A DNA stretch of 64,000 bases, taken from contig QHUJ01000118.1 in the NCBI GenBank assembly GCA_003221895.1, positions 3,925-67,924 on the forward strand. Direction: 5' to 3'. This DNA is from Gemmatimonadota bacterium. GTDB taxonomy: Bacteria; Gemmatimonadota; Gemmatimonadetes; Gemmatimonadales; GWC2-71-9. A model generated the notes under the pieces. That model saw only the letters and a program-made list of their open reading frames with translations, had not been told where the DNA came from and made no database searches. A program made the translations under genes and the position numbers. Below, one piece after another: positions 53,527 to 64,000 of the stretch. Each line of letters begins with the position of its first letter. The first letter of the stretch is position 1.

Positions 53527-53539
53527 GCAACGTAGTGCC

Positions 53540-55411
53540 CTACGCGACCCTCCGCCGCCACCGCATCGCTTCGACGACGAGGTTGTGCAGGTCGCTCGGT
53601 GTGACTCCCGGGACGCGCGCCGCCTGCGCGAGAGACGCGGGACGCACGCGATCGAGCTTCTGCCGCGCCTCGGTCGCCAGCGTGTGCAGATCGAGGTAGG
53701 GCAGGTCCGTTGGCAGGGAAAACGACGCGAGCTCTGCGAGCCGCGCGGCAGCGTCCCGCTCGCGCGCAAGATAGCCGTCGTACTTGATCTCGATCTCGGC
53801 CGCGAGGACCGCGTCCGTCGTCCCAATAACACCGACGCCTGCCGCCGTCAGCAGGGCAGCAAGCGAGACGCCAGGACGCTTTGCGACCACGGCAATGCGC
53901 TCGCTTCCGCGCAGCGTTGTCCCACTCTCTGCGAGGATGTCGTTGGCCTGTGCCGGCGCGATCGACGTCTCGCGCGCGAGATCCAGAACGACCTCTTCCT
54001 CCTTCAAGCGACGCTCGGCCGCGCGCAGCTCCGCGGCCGTCAACAAGCCGAGTCGCTCGGCGAGCGGCAGGAGCCGGCGCAGGGCGTTGTCCTGGCGGAG
54101 CAGCAACCGGAATTCCGAACGCGATGTAAAGAGCCGGTACGGTTCGTCGACGCCGCGCGTCACGAGATCGTCGACGAGCACGCCGATATACGCGTCGTCG
54201 CGACCGAGGACGACAGGCTCGAGTCCGCGGATCCGGCGCACGGCGTTGATCCCGGCGACCACGCCTTGGCCAGCCGCCTCTTCGTATCCCGTCGTGCCGT
54301 TGATCTGTCCCGCGAAGAACAGATGCTCGACGGCCTTCACCTCGAGCCACGGCGTGAGCTGGGTCGGCGGGTAGTAGTCGTACTCGATCGCGTAACCCGG
54401 CCGCGTCATTCGCGCGTGCTCCAGGCCGGGGACCGCGTGCAGGAACTCGAGCTGCACGGCGACGGGCAGGGAAGTGGACAGACCGTTCACGTACAACTCG
54501 GTCGTGTCGAGTCCTTCCGGCTCGAGAAAGACCTGGTGGCGCTTGGCGGCCGGAAACTTCACGATCTTGTCCTCGACCGACGGGCAGTAGCGCGGTCCGC
54601 GCCCGCTGATCGCTCCACCGTAGAGGGCCGATTCCTTGATGTGGCGCTGGATGATGTCCTTCAGTTGCTCGCCAGCCCACGTGATCCAGCAGGGAACCTG
54701 GCGGGGCCGTTCCACCCGCTCGTGGAAAGAGAAGCGGTAGCCGTCGGCGTCGCCGTCTTGCCGCTCGACTTTGCTCCAGTCGACCGACCGGCCATCGACG
54801 CGCGGGGGCGTGCCGGTCTTGAAGCGAGATACTGTAAGTCCAATATTCTCAATAACTTGCGCCATCTGCACCGATGGGGCGTCGCCGGCGCGGCCCGCCG
54901 GGATTTGGGTGTCAATTCCCAAATGAATTCGACCGCGCAGAAACGTCCCCGCCGTGATGATCACCGCTCGCGCGCCGAACCGCCGACCGTCGGCGGTCTC
55001 GACGCCGGTGATGCAGGTACCCTGGTCGTTGAAGAGCAGATTTGTGACCATGCCCTGTGTCAGCTCGAGAGCCGGGAGCTGCTCGAGCAGATGACGAACA
55101 GCGCGGCGATAGAGCGTGCGATCGGCCTGGGCGCGCGGGGCCCACACGGCCGGCCCCTTCGAGCGATTCAGCATGCGGAACTGGATGGTGGCGCGATCGG
55201 CGGCACGACCCATCAGTCCCCCGAGGGCATCGACCTCGCGAACAACGGTGCCCTTGGCGATGCCGCCGATGGCGGGATTGCAGGACATCTGGCCGATGGT
55301 ATCGAGGACGGATGTGAGCAGCAGGGTCCGGGCGCCGAGGCGAGCAGACATTGTGGCAGCTTCAGTGCCGGCGTGACCGCCACCGACAATTAGGACGTCA
55401 TAGTCGGACAT
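53540..55411 (-). CDS. mnmG: tRNA uridine-5-carboxymethylaminomethyl modification enzyme MnmG (GidA)
   Basis: YDVLIVGGGHAGTEAA, GQMSCNPAIGG, GTTGYEEAAGQG; 623 aa. Confidence 0.96.
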   Translation of the reverse strand: MSDYDVLIVGGGHAGTEAATMSARLGARTLLLTSVLDTIGQMSCNPAIGGIAKGTVVREVDALGGLMGRAADRATIQFRMLNRSKGPAVWAPRAQADRTLYRRAVRHLLEQLPALELTQGMVTNLLFNDQGTCITGVETADGRRFGARAVIITAGTFLRGRIHLGIDTQIPAGRAGDAPSVQMAQVIENIGLTVSRFKTGTPPRVDGRSVDWSKVERQDGDADGYRFSFHERVERPRQVPCWITWAGEQLKDIIQRHIKESALYGGAISGRGPRYCPSVEDKIVKFPAAKRHQVFLEPEGLDTTELYVNGLSTSLPVAVQLEFLHAVPGLEHARMTRPGYAIEYDYYPPTQLTPWLEVKAVEHLFFAGQINGTTGYEEAAGQGVVAGINAVRRIRGLEPVVLGRDDAYIGVLVDDLVTRGVDEPYRLFTSRSEFRLLLRQDNALRRLLPLAERLGLLTAAELRAAERRLKEEEVVLDLARETSIAPAQANDILAESGTTLRGSERIAVVAKRPGVSLAALLTAAGVGVIGTTDAVLAAEIEIKYDGYLARERDAAARLAELASFSLPTDLPYLDLHTLATEARQKLDRVRPASLAQAARVPGVTPSDLHNLVVEAMRWRRRVA

Positions 55412-55454
55412 AGCGCGAAGTATACCGGGCTGGACCGCGAGACGGCGAGGGACC

Positions 55455-56711
55455 CTACGCCCTCACCCAGCGAACAAGCTCCTTCATGGTGGGGCGCTTG
55501 CCGGTCATCAGAATCCCAACTCGGTAAATCCGGGACGCGACCCAGGTGATCGCCACAATGCCGATTAAGAGCATCGCCAGCGACACCGCCAGCTCGCCCA
55601 TTCCCATGCTGCCGGCCGTCCAGCGAACCGGCGTCGCGATCGGCGACGTAAAGGGAACCATTGACAGCGTCCGGGCAAACGTCGAGGCCGGATCGTTCGT
55701 GAGTCCGATGATCGACAAGTACGAGATCATGAGCAGGTAGGTCACCGGCTGCTGCGCCTGGCGCGCTTCCTGTTCGTTGCTGGACATCGCGCCCACGGCC
55801 GCAAACATCGCGGAGTACAGCAGGAACCCCCCCAGGAAGAAGGCCATGAAGACCGCCACGGTTGCGAATGGGATGTGAGGCAGGGTGATGTCCATGGCGG
55901 ACGCGGGATCCGCACCCAGCAGCCGCGCAATTGGAACGCGAAGGGCGACAAGCAACCGCGCCGATACGCCCCAGATCACAAACTGGAAGAACGAAACGGC
56001 ACCCGCGCCTGCGACTTTGCCGAGCATCAGTTGGAAAGGACGCAGCGATGAAACGAGCACTTCAATGATGCGGGTTGTCTTCTCCTCCAGTACCGAGCTC
56101 ATGACGTTCACGCCGTACAACAGGATGGCCATGAACAGGAGAATCGCCATGACATACGCCAGAGCGAACGATTGGCCGGCGTTCTCGGTCGTGATCTCGC
56201 CCCGCGCGATCTTCTTCTGGGCCAGCGTGACTCTGAGGGCCTGAGCCCAATCCACCACGGTCGGGTTCACGCCCTTGCCTTCGAGTCGCACCTTCTCGAC
56301 GACACGATTCAGCGTGCGCTGCAATTCATCGATGATCTGGAGCGACAGATTCGATGCGCGGTATTCCGCCTTACCGTCGCTGGGCAAGGAGTCGTCGAGG
56401 ATGAGAAATCCATTGAGCTGCTTGGCCTCCACCGACCGCTTCAACGAGTCGAGGACGCCCGGTACGAGGTTGACGGCATTCGCGCGAATCGTCTTACTGG
56501 CTCCAAGCGCCTCCACGACCTTCTTGCCATAGCCCAGCGTGCCGCCGTCGACAACGGTGATGTTCCGCACGCCGCCGCCCAGCGACTGTACGATCTGGTA
56601 AACGATTATTCCGGCAAACAGGACAGGACCGAGGATCGCAGAGACCCAAAACCACCTGGTGCGGACGCGCTCCACGAATTCCCGCCGAATGATCGCCCAG
56701 ACCTTATGCAT
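55455..56711 (-). CDS. ABC-2 type transporter permease (NatB-like)
   Basis: ATG 56711 gives MHKVWAIIRREFVERVRTRWFW, one N-terminal TM, a large extracytoplasmic loop, then 5 C-terminal TMs. Overlaps the ATPase stop by 8 nt. Confidence 0.85.
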   Translation of the reverse strand: MHKVWAIIRREFVERVRTRWFWVSAILGPVLFAGIIVYQIVQSLGGGVRNITVVDGGTLGYGKKVVEALGASKTIRANAVNLVPGVLDSLKRSVEAKQLNGFLILDDSLPSDGKAEYRASNLSLQIIDELQRTLNRVVEKVRLEGKGVNPTVVDWAQALRVTLAQKKIARGEITTENAGQSFALAYVMAILLFMAILLYGVNVMSSVLEEKTTRIIEVLVSSLRPFQLMLGKVAGAGAVSFFQFVIWGVSARLLVALRVPIARLLGADPASAMDITLPHIPFATVAVFMAFFLGGFLLYSAMFAAVGAMSSNEQEARQAQQPVTYLLMISYLSIIGLTNDPASTFARTLSMVPFTSPIATPVRWTAGSMGMGELAVSLAMLLIGIVAITWVASRIYRVGILMTGKRPTMKELVRWVRA

Positions 56712-57678
56712 GCGAGGACACCTTGTCAGTTGCTCCGACCGGGACCGCCGCGGCGGTGGCAGCCTCCGGCCCCACGAGGTCCACAAAGATCTTGTGGAGT
56801 GAGGGACTGGCGAGCTCGAAGCGCGACAGCCGGGCGCCGGAATTCACCAGGCCGCGCAGGATCTCCTGCGGATCCGCGCCGTCCGCCAGCTCCAACTCCG
56901 CCTGCTGCCCAAAGTCCTGGACTTTCGCCACCAGCCGCCGGTCCCCGAAGAGCTGCTGCGCGCCGCCCTGGCTGCCGTCGAATACCACGATTACGTGCTT
57001 GCCGCCATGCGTCCGCTTGACCTCGGTGAGCGAATCGTCGATCAGCTTCCGTCCACGGGCAATGATGCAGAGCCGATCGCACAGCTTCTCCGCGTGCTCC
57101 ATGATATGCGTCGAAAAGAGCACGGTCTTGCCGCGGCGCCGGTAGTCGACGATGGTATCCTGCAGCACCTGGGAGTTGACGGGATCGAGACCGGAAAACG
57201 GCTCGTCGAGAATCACGAGGTCCGGATCGTGTAACACCGTCGAGATGAACTGGACCTTCTGCTGCATCCCCTTCGACAACTCCGAGACTTTGCGCAATCG
57301 CCAATCACCCAGCCCCAGTCGGTCCAGCCAGTCGAGGGCTTTGGCACGCGCGCTGCGGCGCGGGACGCCCTTCGCCTCCGCCAAAAACACGAGGACGTCC
57401 AACACTCGCATCTTGGGATAGAGACCGCGCTCTTCAGGCAAATATCCGATCCGCTCGGAATGGGCTCGTCCGCCGGCGCTCGTTCCCAGGACGCGCACCG
57501 ACCCTTCATCGGGCTCGTAGATGTCCATGAGCATCCGAATGGTCGTCGTCTTGCCGGCCCCGTTCGGACCGAGCAAACCGTAGATGATGCCGGACGGGAC
57601 GGTCAAAGAAAGGGAATCGACTGCGGTGTGACCCGCAAAGCGCTTCGTAACGTGATCGACGACGACGGGATCGGACAT
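56704..57678 (-). CDS. ABC transporter ATP-binding protein (NatA-like)
   Basis: Walker A GPNGAGKTT, signature LSKGMQQKV, Walker B LVILDEP. Confidence 0.93.
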   Translation of the reverse strand: MSDPVVVDHVTKRFAGHTAVDSLSLTVPSGIIYGLLGPNGAGKTTTIRMLMDIYEPDEGSVRVLGTSAGGRAHSERIGYLPEERGLYPKMRVLDVLVFLAEAKGVPRRSARAKALDWLDRLGLGDWRLRKVSELSKGMQQKVQFISTVLHDPDLVILDEPFSGLDPVNSQVLQDTIVDYRRRGKTVLFSTHIMEHAEKLCDRLCIIARGRKLIDDSLTEVKRTHGGKHVIVVFDGSQGGAQQLFGDRRLVAKVQDFGQQAELELADGADPQEILRGLVNSGARLSRFELASPSLHKIFVDLVGPEAATAAAVPVGATDKVSSHA

Positions 57679-57700
57679 GCCCCCACAAACTATTGGGGGC
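57679..57700 (-). other. 7-bp GC hairpin GCCCCCA-n8-TGGGGGC abutting the ABC ATPase start codon (suf-operon attenuator/terminator or RBS-masking structure)
   Basis: Read directly: gcccccacaaactattgggggc at 57679-57700, inside the 48-nt sufS-ABC spacer. No U-tract. Confidence 0.3.
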
Positions 57701-57726
57701 GAGTGAAGGGGGAAGGGGGCTACGGA

Positions 57727-58953
57727 TTACGCGGGAACGCCGAACAACTCGCCGGCCTTCCGAACTGCACTGACCAACACATCGACATCATCGACGTCAT
57801 TGTAGATGTAGAACGACGCGCGAGCCGTGGCTGCCACTCCGAGCCGCCGCATCAACGGCTGGGTGCAGTGATGGCCCGCGCGAATGCAGACGCCGTCGCG
57901 ATCCAGGATCGTCGCCAGGTCGTGTGGATGAACGTCGCCGTACGTGAACGGAACGACGCCGGCCCGATGATCACGCGGCCCGTAAATCGTCACGCCCTCG
58001 ATTTGTGAAAGCCGCTCGATGGCGACACGCGCCAGCTCCTGTTCATGCTCGGCGACGCGGTCCATGCCGAGGTGCTCGAGGTAGGCGATTGCCGCCTCCA
58101 GCCCAACGGCGGCTTCGACGTTCGGCGTTCCACCCTCGAATTTGTGTGGCACCTTGTTCCAGGTGGACCGGTCGTCCCAGACCCGCTCGATCATTTCGCC
58201 TCCCCCGTGGTAGGGAGGCATCGCGTCGAGCAGCGCAGGCTTGGCCACCAGCGCGCCGCTACCCATTGGCGCGAGCATCTTGTGGCCCGAGAAAGCGTAG
58301 AAGTCGCAGTCCAGGGCTTGAACGTCCACCCGCAAATGGGGCGTGGATTGGGCCCCGTCGACGACCGTCACCGCCCCCGCGGCATGCGCCAGCTTGCTCA
58401 ACTGGGCGGCCGGGTTCACCGTGCCAAGGGAGTTCGAGACGTAGGGGAAGGCGACAAGCTTCGGCTTCGCGTCGAGCGCCTTGCCGTAGTCCGCCAGGTC
58501 GATCCGGCCATCTGCGGTGATCTCGACCATCCGGAGCTTGGCGCCCTTTTCCTGGCAGAGGATCTGCCAGGGGACGATGTTGGAATGGTGGTCCATCGCG
58601 GTGACCACCACCGAATCACCCCGTTGCACGTTCGCCCGTCCCCACGACCCGGCGACCAGGTTGATGGACTCGGTCGTCCCCCGCGTGAAGACGACCGCCT
58701 CGCGCGTCCACGCATTCACGAAGCGGGCGACGGTCGTGCGCGCCGCCTCATAGGCGTCCGTCGCCTCCACCGCGAGGCCATAGGCCCCGCGGTGCACGTT
58801 GGCATTGTGGCAGCGGTAGTAGTGCTCGATCGCCTCGAGCACCTTGCGGGGCTTCTGCGACGTCGCCGCGTTATCGAGATACACGAGCCGCTTGCCGTTC
58901 TCCTGGCGCTCGAGAATCGGGAAATCGCGGCGGAGCTTCTGCGTCTCCAGCAT
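57727..58953 (-). CDS. sufS: Cysteine desulfurase SufS (group II)
   Basis: ATG 58953 (MLETQKLRRDFPIL...LVYLDNAATSQKP). PLP-Lys FSGHKM. Active-site Cys RAGHHCTQPL. TGATG-coupled to sufU. Confidence 0.93.
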   Translation of the reverse strand: MLETQKLRRDFPILERQENGKRLVYLDNAATSQKPRKVLEAIEHYYRCHNANVHRGAYGLAVEATDAYEAARTTVARFVNAWTREAVVFTRGTTESINLVAGSWGRANVQRGDSVVVTAMDHHSNIVPWQILCQEKGAKLRMVEITADGRIDLADYGKALDAKPKLVAFPYVSNSLGTVNPAAQLSKLAHAAGAVTVVDGAQSTPHLRVDVQALDCDFYAFSGHKMLAPMGSGALVAKPALLDAMPPYHGGGEMIERVWDDRSTWNKVPHKFEGGTPNVEAAVGLEAAIAYLEHLGMDRVAEHEQELARVAIERLSQIEGVTIYGPRDHRAGVVPFTYGDVHPHDLATILDRDGVCIRAGHHCTQPLMRRLGVAATARASFYIYNDVDDVDVLVSAVRKAGELFGVPA

Positions 58954-59411
58954 CAGAAGTCCCCCGCCGATTCGGTCGTCACCGGGGCGGCGCTGTTTTG
59001 CAGGGCGGCGTGCAGCGCGTGCCACGCCAGGTTTGCGCACTTGATGCGGCTGGGAAATGCGCGGACGCCCGAGAAGGCGGCCAGCTTCCCAGGCGCGTTC
59101 GTCCCGCCGGCAAGCATGTCCCGGAACGCCTGAAACATCTCTTCGGCCGCGGCGATCGACTTGCCCTTCACTGCGTCGGTCATCAGCGACGCCGACGCTT
59201 TCGAGATCGCGCAACCGGCACCCTGCGGCATCTGGAAGCCGATGTCCGTGATGGTATCGCCGTCGACGTGCACGAAGAGATGGATCCGGTCGCCACACAG
59301 CGGGTTGCTGCCTTCCGCCGTGCGGTTGGCGGTTTCGAGCCGGCGGAAATTGCGGGGATTGCGGTTGTGATCGAGAATCGTCTGCTGGTAGAGCTCGCCC
59401 AGGTCCACCAT
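58953..59411 (-). CDS. sufU: SUF system sulfur-transfer/scaffold protein SufU (NifU/IscU-like)
   Basis: ATG 59411 (MVDLGELYQQTILDHNRNPRN). NPLCGD, GAGCAISKASASLM, KCANLAW. Confidence 0.9.
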   Translation of the reverse strand: MVDLGELYQQTILDHNRNPRNFRRLETANRTAEGSNPLCGDRIHLFVHVDGDTITDIGFQMPQGAGCAISKASASLMTDAVKGKSIAAAEEMFQAFRDMLAGGTNAPGKLAAFSGVRAFPSRIKCANLAWHALHAALQNSAAPVTTESAGDF

Positions 59412-60702
59412 CACGCCGCCAGGCGATCGCGCACGATGCGATCGAGCTCCGCGCGCAACGCCGCGACGTCCATGCGACCGAGGATCTCCGCCGCGAACCC
59501 GTACGTCATCAGGCGGCGCGCCTCCGCCTCGCCGACGCCGCGGCTGCGCAAATAGAACAGCGCCCGCGGATCGAGCGGCCCCACGGTCGAGCCGTGCGTG
59601 CATTTCACGTCATCGGCGTAGATCTCGAGCTGCGGCTGACTGTCGGCATGCGCATCGGTCGACAGCAGCAGGTTGTTGTTCGTCTGCTTCGAATCGGTCT
59701 TTTGCGCACCAGGCCGCACGATGATACGCCCGGTGAACACCCCACGCGACTTTTCATCGAGCACACCGTTGAAGTATTCGTGACTCTCGCAGTGGTCGGC
59801 CGCGTGATCGATGGTGGTGTGATGGTCGGCGTGCTGCTGGCCGGCAAGCAGATAGAGTCCGTTCAGGATCAATGTGCCGCCCGGACCCGCCATGACCGCC
59901 CCGATGTCGTGGCGCGCGAGCGCCGCGCCGAACGCCACGGTGTGCAGGTGGACGGTGCTGTCGCGCCCCTGATGCGTCTGCGTCGTGGCGACGTGGTAGG
60001 CGCGCTCGCTCTCCCGCTGCACGCGGTGGTAGTCCACCCGCGCGCCCTCTCCCACCACCACTTCCGTCACGCTGTTCGTCCAATACGGCCCCTGACCGAG
60101 CGACGCGTACGTCTCGACGATACTCGCGCGGGCTTCGCGCTCGATCACCACCAGATTGCGCGGATGGCTGACGACCTGCTTGGCCCCGCTCGCCAGGAAC
60201 AACAGCTGGATCGGCTCGGCAATCGTCGCTTTGGCCGGCACGTGAACGAATGCCCCCTCGTGCACGAACGCGGTGTTCAGTGCGGAGAATGGCCGGTCCT
60301 GCGTCGCGGCGTACGTGCCGAGGTGCTGGCGAACGAGGTCCTGCCGATGCGCGACGACGTGCGCCAGACTCTGGATGTCGTCGAAGAAGGGCGTCGACAG
60401 CGAGGGCTGGAAGAACCCATCGAGAAAGACCAGCCGGTAGCCGGTCTCGAAGAGTAGGAACGGTCGGATGTCGTCGAGCTTCGGCGTACGAGCCGGCGGC
60501 TGCGCCAGCTCGAACGAGCCCTCGGCGATCGGCGCGACGCTGGTGAAGCGCCACGCCTCCTGCTTCATGTTCGGAAAACCGAGATCGTGAAAGCGGGCGA
60601 TGCCGCCTTCCCGCAGATCCTTAAGCCAGCTGGGAGCGCCTGATGCGCCGTTCGCAGCCCACGCGCGATACGATCCGACCAGCTGTTCTACATGCGCCAT
60701 CG

Positions 60703-60706
<4 letters not shown>
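59411..60706 (-). CDS. sufD: Fe-S cluster assembly protein SufD
   Basis: C-terminal beta-helix block QTNNNLLLS..A.ADSQPQLEIYADDVKCTHGSTVG.LD..ALFYLRSRG. GTG 60706 overlaps the sufC TGA. Confidence 0.92.
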
Positions 60707-62927
<2,221 letters not shown>

Positions 62928-62989
62928 ACAGCTCCCGGAAGTCGTTACTGGACATAACCTTGGCAATCAAACCGACAGCCAGAATCGGA

Positions 62990-63017
62990 ATCCTAATGGT
63001 TTTGTCGGGATTGTCAA
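62990..63017 (-). promoter_or_regulatory. Candidate sigma-70 promoter of the suf operon: TTGACA-16 nt-TAGGAT, embedded in an inverted repeat (62960-62978 / 63001-63017)
   Basis: The minus strand reads TTGACAATCCCGACAAAACCATTAGGAT, about 60 nt upstream of the sufB ATG. The arm TTGACAATCCCGACA is mirrored by TGTCGGTTTGATTGCCAA downstream. Confidence 0.45.
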
Positions 63018-63093
63018 TGAACTGCCGTGCGTGGTCCATGGTGCGTGGGAAATGCCAGCGCGACGTCCCACGTACCACGCACCACGTACCTGT

Positions 63094-63705
63094 TTAGTAA
63101 ATGTCTCTATTCCACTCCCGTACGAGCCGTTCGTAGTCATCCGGCGTGTTGACCTGATCGATGATCGCTGGATCGTCTACGGGCACGCTGATGACCTCCC
63201 GCTGGTGCGGTTGCAGAATGGCCCTCGCGCCCTCCCGGGTCGCGGCCGGATTCTGGAGCAGCTCCTCGAATAGCTGGGATCCCCAGATAACCGGATGCCC
63301 TCGCCGCTCCCCCAAGGTGGGCACGACGATGTGCCCTTTCGTTCGCCTATGGGCCTCGAGGACTCGCTCGACCGTCGCCACCCGGACATGGGGCAAATCG
63401 ACGGGCCACACGAGGACGGCGGTCGGTTGCAGCGGCTGCAGGGCGCGGAGCGCGCCGCGCAGCGAGGCGATCGGGCCTGTTTCCGGGTCAGGATTCTCCA
63501 CGATCATGCAGTCGTGGCCGGCCAGAACCGGTTGAATGCGGGGCGCATCCGGACCCAGGACAACGACCCGGGTTTTGACTTCGAGGGCCTCGAGCGCTTC
63601 GAGGATGCGAACGACAAAAGGCAGCCCGAGGAAGTCCAACAGGGCCTTGGGAGATCCCATCCGGGCCGACCGGCCAGCCCCCAGGACGATGCCCGCTAAC
63701 GACAT
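63094..63705 (-). CDS. MobA/MocA-like nucleotidyltransferase (molybdenum cofactor cytidylyl/guanylyl-transferase family)
   Basis: ATG 63705 gives MSLAGIVLGAGRSARMGSPKALL. Also ...VWPVDLPHV...; 203 aa. Confidence 0.8.
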   Translation of the reverse strand: MSLAGIVLGAGRSARMGSPKALLDFLGLPFVVRILEALEALEVKTRVVVLGPDAPRIQPVLAGHDCMIVENPDPETGPIASLRGALRALQPLQPTAVLVWPVDLPHVRVATVERVLEAHRRTKGHIVVPTLGERRGHPVIWGSQLFEELLQNPAATREGARAILQPHQREVISVPVDDPAIIDQVNTPDDYERLVREWNRDIY

Positions 63706-63795
63706 ATGGGCTAAGAGACTAAGCGGCTGAGTGGCTATGTGGCTAGAGGGCAGTTGCACGACGGACAGAAAGGGGCAATTTTGGCGCGCGCCCAC

Positions 63796-64000
63796 ATGGC
63801 AGCCCGTCGCATCCGCCAACTTGGCGACCCGATTCTGAGGGTCCGCTGCACCCCGGTTGAAGATCCCAAGTCACCGGCGGTGCGCCTGCTTTCGGACGAC
63901 CTGCGTGACACGCTTCGCGTCGCCAAAAAGAAATACGACATGGGCCGAGCGCTGTCGGCGCCACAAATCGGCGCACCCGTCCGCGTCGTGCTGGTCGAGA
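63796..64000 (+). CDS. def: Peptide deformylase, 5' part (runs off the window; absent from the ORF track because no stop is reached)
   Basis: My own translation from ATG 63796: MAARRIRQLGDPILRVRCTPVEDPKSPAVRLLSDDLRDTLRVAKKKYDMGRALSAPQIGAPVRVVLVE. It contains the Def motif 1 G.(A/S)APQIG and the typical N-terminal I...GDP.LR. Confidence 0.85.
   Translation, partial: MAARRIRQLGDPILRVRCTPVEDPKSPAVRLLSDDLRDTLRVAKKKYDMGRALSAPQIGAPVRVVLVE

Noticed and set aside
53183-55393. 736-aa ORF on the plus strand, the longest non-annotated ORF in the window
   Set aside because: It is exactly antisense to mnmG, whose product has unmistakable conserved motifs. Its own translation is Arg/Asp/Leu-rich and low-complexity, with no recognisable domain. 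Long stop-free antisense frames are expected in GC-rich DNA.
63029-63091. Imperfect inverted repeats rich in GTGCGTGG / CCACGCAC just downstream of the MocA-like gene stop
   Set aside because: They can form a 10/11-bp stem (GGTACGTGGGA / TCCCACGCACC) with a 15-nt loop, but there is no U-tract and several alternative pairings exist. This is not convincing as an intrinsic terminator, so I left it unannotated.

Overview
GC-rich, extremely gene-dense bacterial chromosomal segment. I count about 60 protein-coding genes. I saw no rRNA, tRNA, CRISPR array, transposase or integrase. Many neighbouring genes share 1-11 nt stop/start overlaps (TGATG, ATGA, GTGA). The gene content points to a Gemmatimonadota-like organism, but this is inference only and no search was run. 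That content includes a fused E1 alpha/beta 2-oxoacid dehydrogenase, a membrane-fused spermidine-synthase-like giant protein, an anti-sigma factor with a CBM48/E-set domain, DUF4382, DUF1015, and many secreted TPR/HEAT proteins.

Landmarks in order:
- TetR and a frameshift-split TonB-dependent receptor
- lon
- Ser/Thr kinase
- spermidine-synthase-like fusion
- E1 dehydrogenase
- S41 peptidase plus three paralogous secreted TPR proteins
- amidohydrolase lipoprotein carrying a G11 tract
- PfpI, DUF1015 and MazG
- a coupled fadI-fadJ-proline dehydrogenase-hyp-rsgA string
- glpD
- HEAT-repeat protein
- TsdA-like dihaem cytochrome c plus a Tat-exported DsrE-like protein
- a six-gene minus-strand operon (class-V aminotransferase, LOG, deoxyhypusine-synthase-like, MFS, Ddl-like ATP-grasp, 4x zinc-ribbon HExxH peptidase)
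- queG
- M20 and MBL hydrolases
- an ECF sigma/anti-sigma module
- nif3
- mnmG, two parS sites, then parA-parB-M23 peptidase-bactofilin
- an ABC-2 transporter
- sufBCD-sufU-sufS
- a MocA-like gene and the start of def

Best candidates for something new:
1. The six-gene polyamine/ATP-grasp/metallopeptidase operon.
2. The parABS-M23-bactofilin unit.
3. A G-quadruplex-forming heptanucleotide repeat between sufB and sufC.
4. A G11 tract in a lipoprotein signal peptide.
5. A 14-nt motif recurring at three loci.
6. Divergent gene pairs with 0-26 nt spacers.

All functional calls rest on motifs I recognised by eye in the supplied translations. No database search was run.
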